A DNA stretch of 64,000 nt from an uncultured Planctomycetia bacterium (GCA_964415355.1 CAYPYS010000006.1:752-64751), one strand, 5' to 3'; shown: positions 38,427 to 47,743, numbered from the stretch's first letter. The notes: a model not told the origin generated them from the sequence alone. Numbers and translations: made by a program.

Positions 38427-40258
38427 AATACGAAAATATAATCTGCATATCTTCTATTGACTGGGATTTTATATGGCAGCAGCACCAGTCTATCATGTCC
38501 AGACTCGCGAAAAATGGCAATAAAGTGCTGTTTATCGAGAACACAGGCGTTAGGACGCCTACAATAAAAGATATAGGTAGGATAAGACGGCGTATAATCA
38601 ACTGGTTTAGTAGCAGTAAAGGATTTAGGAAAGAGGCTGAAAACCTCTATGTGTATTCTCCGTTGATATTGCCGTTTCCTTATTTGAGAATCGCACGATT
38701 AGTAAATAGATTTTTATTACTCAGCCCTATAAAAAGATGGATGAAGGCGGTTGATTTCCATGACCCAATCATATGGACATTTTTACCTACCCCTATTACT
38801 TTGGATTTTACGGAAAACATATTTCACAAGGCCCTTGTCTATTACTGTACGGATAAGTTTTCAGCCACTTCAAGATCAGCTAAAAAGATAACCAGGTATG
38901 AGGAAGAAGTTATGAGAAAGGCTGATGCAGTATTTGTAATGGCGAGAGGGATGGTGGATTATTGTGCCAAATTTAACAAAGATGTTATGTGTATACCTAT
39001 GGGCATTGATGTGGGGAGATTTACCGATGATAAGAATGTTGCTGAACCTCTAGAGATAAAGGGAGTCAGTAGGCCTGTGATCGGCTTCATAGGAGGAGTG
39101 AGGAATTCCATAGACAAAGAGCTTGTTGTGTATCTTGCAAAGAGATTCAGCGGCTATACATTTGTTTTCGTGGGACCTATACAGACGGATATATCTAGGT
39201 TAAAGAGGATTGGAAATGTAATATTTACAGGCTCAAAGGATCACGAGGAGCTTAAAAGATATATAAAATTTTTTGACGTATGCATGATACCATACAAGAT
39301 AGACGATTATACGAATAATATTTCACCTGCCAAGCTAAACGAATATCTTATCATGGGAAAACCTGTGGTCTCTACTAGGCTTGGAGAGGTAGAGCGTTTC
39401 AATAGAGAGAATGGCAACATCTTGTTTGTAGGGGGTAATATAGAAGAGTTCGGAGATCTTATAATACAGGCTGTAGAAAAGGATAGTGATATTTTAAGGA
39501 AAAAGAGAAAAGAAGTTGCTTGTAATAATAGTTGGGACAAGAAGACAGAGAAGATGTCCGATATTATAATGACCGTGATTAAAAGAAAAGAAGAAGCGAT
39601 GGAATTAAATTGGAAGACAGGCCTTATGAGGCTATACCGAGAAGCCAGAGGCAAAACAGCAAAAGCTGTTGTTGCTATTGCAGCGTTATGGTTGATAATT
39701 TTTTATTCTCCTTTATTGTGGTTCATTGCTGAGCCTTTAAGGATTTCGCAGGTGCCGCAGAAAACAGACGCTATAGTTGTGTTTGGGGGCGGGGTCGGTG
39801 AGACCGGAAGCCCAGGCAAGAGCACCATAGAGAGAGCAAGATATGCCGTGAGTTTGTATAAAAAGGGGTATGCCGACACAATAATATTCTCATCGGGTTA
39901 TACCTATATATATAACGACGCCGAAAACATGAGGCTTTTTGCTGTCTCTATGGGCGTGCCCAAAAGAGATATTATATTAGAACAGAATGCGGATAGCGCT
40001 TATGAAAATGTAAGATTTTCCAAGGATATAATAAAAAGAAATGACTGGGATTCCATATTACTGGTCAGCTCGCCTTACAATATGCGTCGTGCTTCGCTTG
40101 TTTTTAATAAATGGGATCCTGATATAAAAGTTACCTATACTCCTGTGCCTGATAGCCAGTTTTATGATAAAAGCAAAGGTGTGAGGCTGGAACAGATACG
40201 AGCAATCGCTCACGAGTATTTGGGGATAATATATTATTTAATAAAAGGGCATATCTAA
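38420..40258 (+). CDS. GT4-like glycosyltransferase fused to C-terminal DUF218 (ElyC/YdcF/SanA-like) domain
   Basis: N-terminal 400 aa GT-B-like; C-terminus TDAIVVFGGGVGETGSPG...IIFSSGYTY...LLVSSPYNMRRA matches DUF218 signature. Confidence 0.5.
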   Translation: MLKYENIICISSIDWDFIWQQHQSIMSRLAKNGNKVLFIENTGVRTPTIKDIGRIRRRIINWFSSSKGFRKEAENLYVYSPLILPFPYLRIARLVNRFLLLSPIKRWMKAVDFHDPIIWTFLPTPITLDFTENIFHKALVYYCTDKFSATSRSAKKITRYEEEVMRKADAVFVMARGMVDYCAKFNKDVMCIPMGIDVGRFTDDKNVAEPLEIKGVSRPVIGFIGGVRNSIDKELVVYLAKRFSGYTFVFVGPIQTDISRLKRIGNVIFTGSKDHEELKRYIKFFDVCMIPYKIDDYTNNISPAKLNEYLIMGKPVVSTRLGEVERFNRENGNILFVGGNIEEFGDLIIQAVEKDSDILRKKRKEVACNNSWDKKTEKMSDIIMTVIKRKEEAMELNWKTGLMRLYREARGKTAKAVVAIAALWLIIFYSPLLWFIAEPLRISQVPQKTDAIVVFGGGVGETGSPGKSTIERARYAVSLYKKGYADTIIFSSGYTYIYNDAENMRLFAVSMGVPKRDIILEQNADSAYENVRFSKDIIKRNDWDSILLVSSPYNMRRASLVFNKWDPDIKVTYTPVPDSQFYDKSKGVRLEQIRAIAHEYLGIIYYLIKGHI

Positions 40259-40292
40259 GTTTACATTTTAACGTTGTTGAAATGTAAACTTG
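40255..40292. repeat. 41-bp palindromic element, copy 10 (slightly truncated)
   Basis: ctaagtttacattttaacgttgttgaaatgtaaacttg; provides TAA stop of upstream gene. Confidence 0.85.
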
Positions 40293-40296
40293 TCTT

Positions 40297-41169
40297 ATGG
40301 CGAATTCGTGCAATATTTGCAATAGCAGTTCTTATGAAACTATTTTTATCAAAGATAGATATAATATAGTCAAATGTCTGTCCTGTGGCCTGGTCTATAT
40401 CGAAAATCCTTTAAAGGATGACGAATTGAAGAAGTTGTATTCTTTCGATTCGGATTATCACAAGTGTTTCAGTGACGCTAATTCTTATCAATGCAAGAGG
40501 CAGTCGAAATTGGCCTACAAAAAATACAAATATCTTAAGCGGCATAGTAAAAAAGGTCGAGTTTTAGATATAGGGTGTTCCGCTGGTTTTTTTCTTAAAA
40601 TCGCGAAAGATAATGGATGGGAGGCACGTGGCGTAGAGATATCGGGCGATACGTCACAAATTGCAAGGGATAGATATGGCTTGAACGTGTTGACAGGTGA
40701 TCTAGAGGTAGATAGTTTTTCTCCAGGTTCGTTTGATGCTGTCACGTTATGGGATACGTTAGAACATGTTAGGGATCCAAGAAAGACTATGTCTATAGTT
40801 AATAAGGTACTTAATGTCGGAGGGACAGTAATTATATCTACGCCGGATATAGAGGGGCTATTTCCTAGATGTGCTCGTAAGATATCTGGGGTGACAGGTG
40901 ACTGGATTCATCCCGAACCTCCTCATCACCTTTACCAGTTTTCAAAAAATACGCTGCGAATGTTATTAGAGCTGTCAGGCTTTGAATTGATAAGGATGTA
41001 TTATGAAAGGATACCTATTACATATACTTTCAAAAGTTTTAAGATCTTAAGAAAATCATTGCACAGCTTATTGCGCGCATCTATGATTGTGCCGTTGAGT
41101 TTCGTGGGTCCATGGATAAAGTCAGGCGATATTATAGTAGTCGTAGCTAGAAAGATAAGAGGTATATAA
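40297..41169 (+). CDS. class I SAM-dependent methyltransferase with N-terminal zinc ribbon
   Basis: CNICNS...CLSCGLVY; VLDIGCSAGFFL; AVTLWDTLEHV. Confidence 0.6.
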   Translation: MANSCNICNSSSYETIFIKDRYNIVKCLSCGLVYIENPLKDDELKKLYSFDSDYHKCFSDANSYQCKRQSKLAYKKYKYLKRHSKKGRVLDIGCSAGFFLKIAKDNGWEARGVEISGDTSQIARDRYGLNVLTGDLEVDSFSPGSFDAVTLWDTLEHVRDPRKTMSIVNKVLNVGGTVIISTPDIEGLFPRCARKISGVTGDWIHPEPPHHLYQFSKNTLRMLLELSGFELIRMYYERIPITYTFKSFKILRKSLHSLLRASMIVPLSFVGPWIKSGDIIVVVARKIRGI

Positions 41170-41173
41170 CGTT

Positions 41174-42139
41174 ATGGAATACGAGAGAGGCGGAAAACAA
41201 AAGGAATTTTACGATAAGGATGATGTTATATATAGATGCTGCCCTTTGTGCAACAGTAAGGATAATCGTAATATCTATACTGAAAGAGGACATATAGCTA
41301 TAGTTAGTTGCAAGAAATGTGGTCTTATTTATACAAACCCCACAGTAAGAAGTTCTGAGAAAAACTACTGGGGTGAAGAAAATAAATATTACGAAGAGGC
41401 TCGTTTGATATTTCATAACACGGGGAAACATCACAGGGATACTAATTATTTGGAAGATATAAGCATAATAGAGCGCTTAAAGTCAGTCGGGTATTTTCTG
41501 GATATAGGAACGAATATGGGCATGTTTTTAAGGCATACGCGTGCGAAAAAATGGATTGTTACAGGAATCGAACCTTCGCCGGCTTTGTCTGAAATGGCTC
41601 GTAAATACTTTGATTTAAATGTAAAGACATGTTATTTGAACGAAGCGGGTTTTAAAGACGAATCTTTTGATATAGTGACAATGACGGATGTTTTTGAGCA
41701 TATAGCAGAACCTAAAAAGATGTTGGTTGATATAAAAAGAGTTCTTAAGCACAATGGTATATTATTCATAAAAGTGCCGAATGGGAGATGTAATCTATTA
41801 AAATTATGGCTCGCTAAGATATTCGACAGGTTAAAAGATTATGATATTTTTGACTCTTATGAGCATCTTACACATTTTACCCATGATACATTAAAAAGGA
41901 TGCTAGAGGAATGTGGTTTTAAGATCAAGAAAATCTATATAGGAAAACCCATACAGTTACCTGTCTGGCATAAATATGTGGGGCATTATTATCAATATCC
42001 TAGTCCGTGGTTTTTAGATTGGAAGAATTATATATTGAGGCAGGTGTTTTACTGGATATCTAAGTTAGAGCGGTTGCTAAGGTTTGGTAATATAGGTTAT
42101 TTTGCACCTAATATCGTGATGATAGCTTCTAAAATATGA
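41174..42139 (+). CDS. class I SAM-dependent methyltransferase with zinc ribbon (paralog)
   Basis: CCPLCNS...CKKCGLIY; FLDIGTNMGMFL; IVTMTDVFEHI. Confidence 0.6.
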   Translation: MEYERGGKQKEFYDKDDVIYRCCPLCNSKDNRNIYTERGHIAIVSCKKCGLIYTNPTVRSSEKNYWGEENKYYEEARLIFHNTGKHHRDTNYLEDISIIERLKSVGYFLDIGTNMGMFLRHTRAKKWIVTGIEPSPALSEMARKYFDLNVKTCYLNEAGFKDESFDIVTMTDVFEHIAEPKKMLVDIKRVLKHNGILFIKVPNGRCNLLKLWLAKIFDRLKDYDIFDSYEHLTHFTHDTLKRMLEECGFKIKKIYIGKPIQLPVWHKYVGHYYQYPSPWFLDWKNYILRQVFYWISKLERLLRFGNIGYFAPNIVMIASKI

Positions 42140-43314
42140 AAATCCTTAGAATAATTACGAGGCTTAATATAGGCGGGCCGGCGAGGAATGCGGTGTTTCT
42201 TACAGAGGGAATACCTCGAACAATATTGGTTTGCGGGGAGGTCAGTGAAGATGAGGGGGATATGATGTATCTGGCAAGGGAGAAAGGGATCGAGCCGGTT
42301 ATTGTACCCGAACTTGGCAGAGAATTATCCATTGTCAATGACTGGAAAGCGTTTTGGAAAATATATAGAATTATTAGCAGGGAGAGGCCGAATGTTGTAC
42401 ATACTCATACGGCAAAGGCAGGTACGCTGGGAAGAGGAGCAGTAATTTTATATAGATTGCTTCGTCGCTTTGCTCCTCGCAATGACATGGTAGATTCCCG
42501 CTTTCGCGGGAATGACAGAACGGTTATTTTGGTACATACCTTCCATGGGCATGTGCTGCATAGTTATTTTGGAAAAATTAAAACATTTATTTTTATATGT
42601 ATAGAAAAGATCCTGGCTATATTCACTGATAGGATAATAGCAGTTAGTGAGTCTTTAAAAAAAGAGCTGGCAGGGAGATTCAGGATAGCTCCTGAAGAAA
42701 AATTTTCTGTTGTGGAGCTGGGGTTTGAATTAGAGAAATTATTGGCATTAGAACCAAGGCTTAAATCCGATCGCGTGAATATTGGTATCGTAGGGAGGTT
42801 GACAGCAGTGAAAAATCATAAGATGTTGTTTAAAGTAGCCTCAAGGCTTAAGGCTCAAGGCTTAAGGCCTGGAATTATTGTTATCGGAGACGGAGAATTA
42901 AGAGGCGAGTTAGAAGTATACGCGAGGGAGTTAGGTATAGGAGATACAGTGAAATTCCGGGGATGGGTCAAGGATGTCACAGAGATATACAGAGAGCTGG
43001 ATATCGTGGCATTGACGTCTCTGAACGAAGGCACACCTGTCTCTATAATAGAGGCCATGGCCGCAGCAAGGCCTGTTGTCGTTGCCAGGGTTGGCGGGGT
43101 TAGTGATATCGTTCAAAATAGAAAGACAGGATATCTGGTTGATGCTGGCAATGAGGAAGGTTTTACGGAAAAATTAACGGATTTAATCAAAAACAAAGAG
43201 AGGCGCGTAGAATTTGGAAGATATGGTAGAGAATCGGTAAAAGATAGATTTTCAAAAGATAGGTTGATAGAAGATATGAAAAAAGTGTATGGATTCCCGC
43301 TTTTGCGGGAATGA
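42136..43314 (+). CDS. glycosyltransferase GT4 carrying an in-frame 25-bp repeat insertion
   Basis: HTHTAKAG...VHTFHGH GT4 N-domain interrupted by DSRFRGND encoded by the GATTCCCGC repeat; C-terminus LLRE also repeat-encoded. Confidence 0.65.
   Translation: MKILRIITRLNIGGPARNAVFLTEGIPRTILVCGEVSEDEGDMMYLAREKGIEPVIVPELGRELSIVNDWKAFWKIYRIISRERPNVVHTHTAKAGTLGRGAVILYRLLRRFAPRNDMVDSRFRGNDRTVILVHTFHGHVLHSYFGKIKTFIFICIEKILAIFTDRIIAVSESLKKELAGRFRIAPEEKFSVVELGFELEKLLALEPRLKSDRVNIGIVGRLTAVKNHKMLFKVASRLKAQGLRPGIIVIGDGELRGELEVYARELGIGDTVKFRGWVKDVTEIYRELDIVALTSLNEGTPVSIIEAMAAARPVVVARVGGVSDIVQNRKTGYLVDAGNEEGFTEKLTDLIKNKERRVEFGRYGRESVKDRFSKDRLIEDMKKVYGFPLLRE
42493..42517. repeat. 25-bp palindromic element GATTCCCGCTTTCGCGGGAATGACA (REP2), copy inside the CDS
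   Basis: read directly; translates in frame as DSRFRGND. Confidence 0.9.
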
Positions 43315-43337
43315 CGATTATGAGAGTGGGAATGACA
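43292..43337. repeat. REP2 copy plus partial second copy
   Basis: gattcccgcttttgcgggaatgacg ... gggaatgaca. Confidence 0.85.
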
Positions 43338-43441
43338 GTAAAAGAAAATAGATACTCCTGTGTCTATATATAAGAGAGGGGGTGAATTAAAGAGGTTGAT
43401 TTTTAAAGTCAGATGGCAGTATAATGCACAGGAGGAGAGCT

Positions 43442-43858
43442 ATGAAAAAAGATACTGGGAAAAAGACAATGCTAAAAGAAATCAAAGGCTATATTGATTC
43501 ATCATTAAAAGAAATCAAAGGATATGTTGATTTATCATTAAAGGAAGTCAAGGGATATGTCGATTCATCATTAAAGGAAGTCAAAGAAGAATTACAAGAG
43601 ACCAAGAGATATACGGGAGTTTTGGTCGAAGGTCTGCGGTCAGAGGTCAAGCTGGTGTTTGAGCAATATGGTACTGTTATAAGAAAGCTCGAGGATCATG
43701 ACAGAAGGTTTGATGAGATTGATAGAAGGTTTGAGAATATAGATGTTAGATTTAACTGCGTTGATCTTGAGCTTAAAGGTATGAAGACGGCATTGTTTGA
43801 CAATAGCCATAGGCTTAATGACCATGAGGGCAGGATCAGGAACTTGGAAATGAATTAA
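43442..43858 (+). CDS. hypothetical coiled-coil protein with 3x tandem 10-aa repeat (SLKEIKGYVD)
   Basis: aggagga RBS then ATG; 30-nt tandem repeats at about 43490-43580; no recognisable family. Confidence 0.4.
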   Translation: MKKDTGKKTMLKEIKGYIDSSLKEIKGYVDLSLKEVKGYVDSSLKEVKEELQETKRYTGVLVEGLRSEVKLVFEQYGTVIRKLEDHDRRFDEIDRRFENIDVRFNCVDLELKGMKTALFDNSHRLNDHEGRIRNLEMN

Positions 43859-43860
43859 TG

Positions 43861-43885
43861 GATTCCCGCTTTCGCGGGAATGACA
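43861..43885. repeat. REP2 copy
   Basis: gattcccgctttcgcgggaatgaca. Confidence 0.9.
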
Positions 43886-43896
43886 AAGGGGTCATC

Positions 43897-44859
43897 GTGA
43901 GGGTATTAATTACAGGCGGGGCAGGGTTTATTGGGTCGCACCTGGCAGATGAGCTGATAAAGGCCGGGAATGAAGTTGTGGTGCTTGATAATCTCTCAAC
44001 AGGCAGCTTTGAAAACATCGAGCACCTGACCGGGAACAAAATGTTCAAGTTTGTAGAAGGCACTATTTTAAATGAGTCCCTTGTGGACAAACTGGTCGGA
44101 CAGTGCGATGCAGTATACCACCTGGCAGCGGCAGTAGGCGTGGACCTGATAGTGAAAAAGCCGCTCGAGTCGCTCGTCACGAATATAAAAGGGAGCGAGA
44201 TAGTGCTTGAGATGGTGCATCGCTATCATAAAAAAATCCTTATAACGTCTACGTCTGAGATATATGGCAAGAACGCGAACGGTCCTTTAAAAGAAGAAGA
44301 TGACAGGATCCTTGGTTCGCCTTTGAAGTCCAGGTGGGGATATTCTACTGCAAAGGCAGTGGACGAGATGCTCGCGTATATATACTGGAGAGAAAAAAAA
44401 GTGCCGAGCGTGATAGTGCGGCTTTTCAATACTGTGGGTCCAAGGCAAACCGGCGCTTACGGCATGGTAATCCCAAGATTCATAAGCCAGGCGCTCAAAG
44501 GTGAAGACATAACAGTATATGGCAGCGGAAAACAATCTAGATGTTTCTTGCATGTTAAAGATGTAGTTATTACGCTTATAAAATTGATGAATAGCCATGA
44601 TGCCGTGGGAAAGGTTTTTAATATAGGCAGCCAGGAAGAGATAACCATAGAGGGCCTTGCGAAAAAGGTAATCGACATTACAAAAAGCAGGTCAAGATTG
44701 GTTTACGTGCCTTATGACAAGGCCTATGAAGAAGGTTTTGAAGATATGCAGCGCAGGGTCCCTGATACCAGCAAGGCAAGAGATGCGGTAGGTTTTAAGC
44801 CTACAGTGGATCTCAATGGAATTATTAAGAACGTAGTCGAATATTATAAAAATAGATGA
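43897..44859 (+). CDS. NAD-dependent UDP-sugar epimerase/decarboxylase (extended SDR, UXS/GalE-like)
   Basis: VLITGGAGFIGSHL...VVLDNLSTG; YSTAK; GTG at 43897 after aaagggg RBS. The upstream ATG at 43858 would make the N-terminus repeat-encoded (MDSRFRGND). Confidence 0.7.
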   Translation: MRVLITGGAGFIGSHLADELIKAGNEVVVLDNLSTGSFENIEHLTGNKMFKFVEGTILNESLVDKLVGQCDAVYHLAAAVGVDLIVKKPLESLVTNIKGSEIVLEMVHRYHKKILITSTSEIYGKNANGPLKEEDDRILGSPLKSRWGYSTAKAVDEMLAYIYWREKKVPSVIVRLFNTVGPRQTGAYGMVIPRFISQALKGEDITVYGSGKQSRCFLHVKDVVITLIKLMNSHDAVGKVFNIGSQEEITIEGLAKKVIDITKSRSRLVYVPYDKAYEEGFEDMQRRVPDTSKARDAVGFKPTVDLNGIIKNVVEYYKNR

Positions 44860-46637
44860 TATTGAAAAGCTACCTCATACCGTTTTTTCTGTCATTCGCG
44901 ATTTCAATCCTGCTCACCCCTTTTATAAAAAAAATAGCTGTTATTAAAGGCTATGTGGCACACCCTAACGGAGACCGCTGGCACAAGAAAGAGACCGCGC
45001 TTTTTGGCGGCATAGCTATTTTTATCTCGTTTATTATTCCTTATGTTATTTTTGTAAAACCTGACATCGAGGCCATTGGTATTCTTTTATGCGGAACTAT
45101 TATTTTTGCCTTAGGTGTTTTTGACGATATAAAGCGCATAAAGCCATACACGAAGCTAATAGGGCAGATCGTCATAGCGTCTTTACTGGTCAGTTTTGGC
45201 GTGAGCATAAAAATCATTCCTTACAGGATAGTGAGCATGCCGCTTACGATACTATGGATGGTGGCGATCGTAAATTCCTTTAATCTACTCGATAATATGG
45301 ACGGGCTTTCAACCGGCATTGCGGCGATCGTGACCGGTATCCTGTTTCTGTGTGCGGTTTTTAACGGAAATATTTTATTGGCATCAACGGCATTGATACT
45401 GGCAGGGAGCCTTTTAGGTTTTCTCAGGTATAATTTTAATCCCGCGAAGATCTTTATGGGAGATTGCGGCAGCATGTTTATAGGCTTTATGCTGGGCGCG
45501 ATAACTCTGCAGGGCAGCTGGAAAGAATCAACGCATTTGGTGATGATATTAGCTATCCCTGTTTTGGTATTGGCCGTGCCTATATTTGATACGACATTTG
45601 TAACGCTTGCGAGAGGGATAAGCGCGCGCAAGATCTTTCAGGGAGGCAAGGATCATATATCTCACAGGATGGTGGTTCTTGGGCTCTCAGAGAAGAATAC
45701 GGTGCTTGTGTTGTATTTCATAGGTTTATTTTTCGGAGGCATAAGCGTGCTTTCGATGTTTGTCGCGCCGATAATAACGCTAATGCTTGTCCTGGTTGCG
45801 GCTGTGAGCCTTATATATTTCGCGACATTTTTAGGCAAGGTCAAGGTCTATAGCGACGACAAGGCAAAGACATTGAAGAAGAAAAACGGCAACGTGGTGC
45901 TGGGCGGCGCGTTGATGCATAAAAGAAGGATGTTGGAAGTAGCCATTGACTTTATATTGATATGCGTGGCGTATGTCTCAGCGTATCTTTTGAGATTCGA
46001 AGGCGTATTGTCTCATACAAATCAGGAGCTTATCGTAAGGTCTCTTCCTGTTATATTGATAATAAAATACATCGTGTTCTTTAAGTTCGGGCTTTACAGG
46101 GGTATATGGAGATACGTGAGCGTGCCTGACCTTATAGACATATTTAAGGCAGTATTGACGGCATCTTTGTTTTCGGCAGTGGCTGTGCTTTTTATGTGGA
46201 GGTTTCATGGTTTTTCAAGGGCAGTGTTTATTATTGACTGGCTTTTACTTTTTATGCTGATTTCAGGCGCAAGAATACTTGAGAGGATCTACAAGGAGAT
46301 ATTTGACCAGGTAAGATTGGGCGATAAAAAGGTCTTGATATACGGGGCTGGCGATGCAGGAGAAATCGTTTTAAGAGAGATAAGGAACAATAAGGCATTG
46401 GGTTATAAGCCGGTCGGGTTCCTGGATGACGACGAAGAGAAATTAGGGAGGCGCATACATAACGTATCGGTCTTAGGCTCAAAGACTGACATGGCGCGTT
46501 TGATAAAACAGAAAGAAGTGGGGGAGATCATAATAGCAATACCAGACCTTCCAAAAGATATCTTTGAAGACACTGTGAGTATCTGCAGAAGCTTAGACGT
46601 AAGCTGCAAAAAGATGCACGACATCCTGCCAAAATAA
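44856..46637 (+). CDS. WecA/MraY-family polyprenyl-phosphate HexNAc-1-phosphate transferase fused to PglF/WbaP-type N-terminal (4 TM + CoA_binding_3-like) module
   Basis: NSFNLLDNMDGLSTG and other PNPT motifs in residues 1-330; C-terminal 260 aa with 4 TM and IYGAGDAGEIVLREI...PVGFLDDDEEKLG...VLG. Confidence 0.7.
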   Translation: MILKSYLIPFFLSFAISILLTPFIKKIAVIKGYVAHPNGDRWHKKETALFGGIAIFISFIIPYVIFVKPDIEAIGILLCGTIIFALGVFDDIKRIKPYTKLIGQIVIASLLVSFGVSIKIIPYRIVSMPLTILWMVAIVNSFNLLDNMDGLSTGIAAIVTGILFLCAVFNGNILLASTALILAGSLLGFLRYNFNPAKIFMGDCGSMFIGFMLGAITLQGSWKESTHLVMILAIPVLVLAVPIFDTTFVTLARGISARKIFQGGKDHISHRMVVLGLSEKNTVLVLYFIGLFFGGISVLSMFVAPIITLMLVLVAAVSLIYFATFLGKVKVYSDDKAKTLKKKNGNVVLGGALMHKRRMLEVAIDFILICVAYVSAYLLRFEGVLSHTNQELIVRSLPVILIIKYIVFFKFGLYRGIWRYVSVPDLIDIFKAVLTASLFSAVAVLFMWRFHGFSRAVFIIDWLLLFMLISGARILERIYKEIFDQVRLGDKKVLIYGAGDAGEIVLREIRNNKALGYKPVGFLDDDEEKLGRRIHNVSVLGSKTDMARLIKQKEVGEIIIAIPDLPKDIFEDTVSICRSLDVSCKKMHDILPK

Positions 46638-47701
46638 TGAAAATAGGGATAGATATTCGTCCGACACTCAAGAAGACAACAGGCATAGGCAAGTATACCC
46701 TTCATCTGATCAATGCCCTTGCAGAAGTAGATCCCGAAAATAGATATTTTCTCTACAGCAGAAAAAAGATATTGGATTTTAAAAGGCGGTTGCCAAGGTT
46801 GCCCGGCGCTAATTTTTCGCATCGCGTGGATCATTTTAAAAAAGGCGTGAGTGCAGCGATGCCGGAGATAGATATTTTCCACACCTCTTCTTATGACCTG
46901 GATAGGCCGAAAAAGGCAAAATATATCGTCACTGTCCATGATGTAATTATAAAGGCATATCCGCACGGCCATAGCGAGAAGACTATAAGAGAAACAGATG
47001 AAAAATTAAAAAAGATTTTAGGCGAGGCAGATGTGTTGGTGGCGGATTCCCATAGCACCAAAGCGGATCTGATGAGGTTTTATGATGTGGCCGAGTCAAG
47101 GGTAGCGGTAATCTATCCCGGAGTTAATTTTACGGAATACGGAATACGGGATGCGGAATGCGAAGACTATATTCTCTTTGTCGGGACGCTTGAGCCGCGA
47201 AAGAATGTAGATGGAGTCATAAAGGCGTATAGCTGGCTGAGAAAAAACTCAGGCGTGAGGCATAAGCTTTATATAGCGGGCATGAAGGGATGGATGTACG
47301 AAAATATTTTTAAGGAATACGAGAAGAGCGAATTTAAAAAAGATATTATCTTTAAAGGTTATGTAAGCGAACGAGAACTGAGCGCGTTGTACCAGAATGC
47401 GTCTTTATTCGTGTATCCGTCCTTTTATGAAGGTTTCGGGTTTCCTGTGATAGAGGCGTTTAGCTATGGAGTACCTGTTGTTACTTCGAAGACTTCTTCT
47501 TGCGGAGAGGTAGCAGGCGATAACGCATTATTGGTAGACCCTTCTAATATAAAGGAGATTAGAGAAGCAATGGCAAGACTCATTGCCGATAAAAACTTAA
47601 GGGAGCAGCTGGCGAGGCGCGGCCGAGAGAGAGCGAAGCAATTCACCTGGCGCAACACCGCCTCCGCCTTAAGTATACATTTCAACAACGTTAAAGTGTA
47701 A
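46637..47701 (+). CDS. glycosyltransferase GT4
   Basis: YPSFYEGFGFPVIEAFSYGVPVV; last 10 codons lie inside a 41-bp element. Confidence 0.7.
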   Translation: MKIGIDIRPTLKKTTGIGKYTLHLINALAEVDPENRYFLYSRKKILDFKRRLPRLPGANFSHRVDHFKKGVSAAMPEIDIFHTSSYDLDRPKKAKYIVTVHDVIIKAYPHGHSEKTIRETDEKLKKILGEADVLVADSHSTKADLMRFYDVAESRVAVIYPGVNFTEYGIRDAECEDYILFVGTLEPRKNVDGVIKAYSWLRKNSGVRHKLYIAGMKGWMYENIFKEYEKSEFKKDIIFKGYVSERELSALYQNASLFVYPSFYEGFGFPVIEAFSYGVPVVTSKTSSCGEVAGDNALLVDPSNIKEIREAMARLIADKNLREQLARRGRERAKQFTWRNTASALSIHFNNVKV

Positions 47702-47707
47702 AGTTAG
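47668..47707. repeat. 41-bp palindromic element, copy 11 (subfamily 2, tatac/ctaac variant)
   Basis: cttaagtatacatttcaacaacgttaaagtgtaaagttag. Confidence 0.85.
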
Positions 47708-47709
47708 GG

Positions 47710-47734
47710 GATTCCCGCTTTCGCGGGAATGACA
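47710..47734. repeat. REP2 copy
   Basis: gattcccgctttcgcgggaatgaca. Confidence 0.9.
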
Positions 47735-47743
47735 TTTTTCGCT

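Noticed and set aside
3588-40292. Integron attC sites between promoter-less co-directional cassettes
   Set aside because: The elements lack attC core and inverse-core (GTTRRRY/RYYYAAC) terminal boxes and extrahelical bases. They are perfect 19-bp stems. No intI or attI is present in the window.
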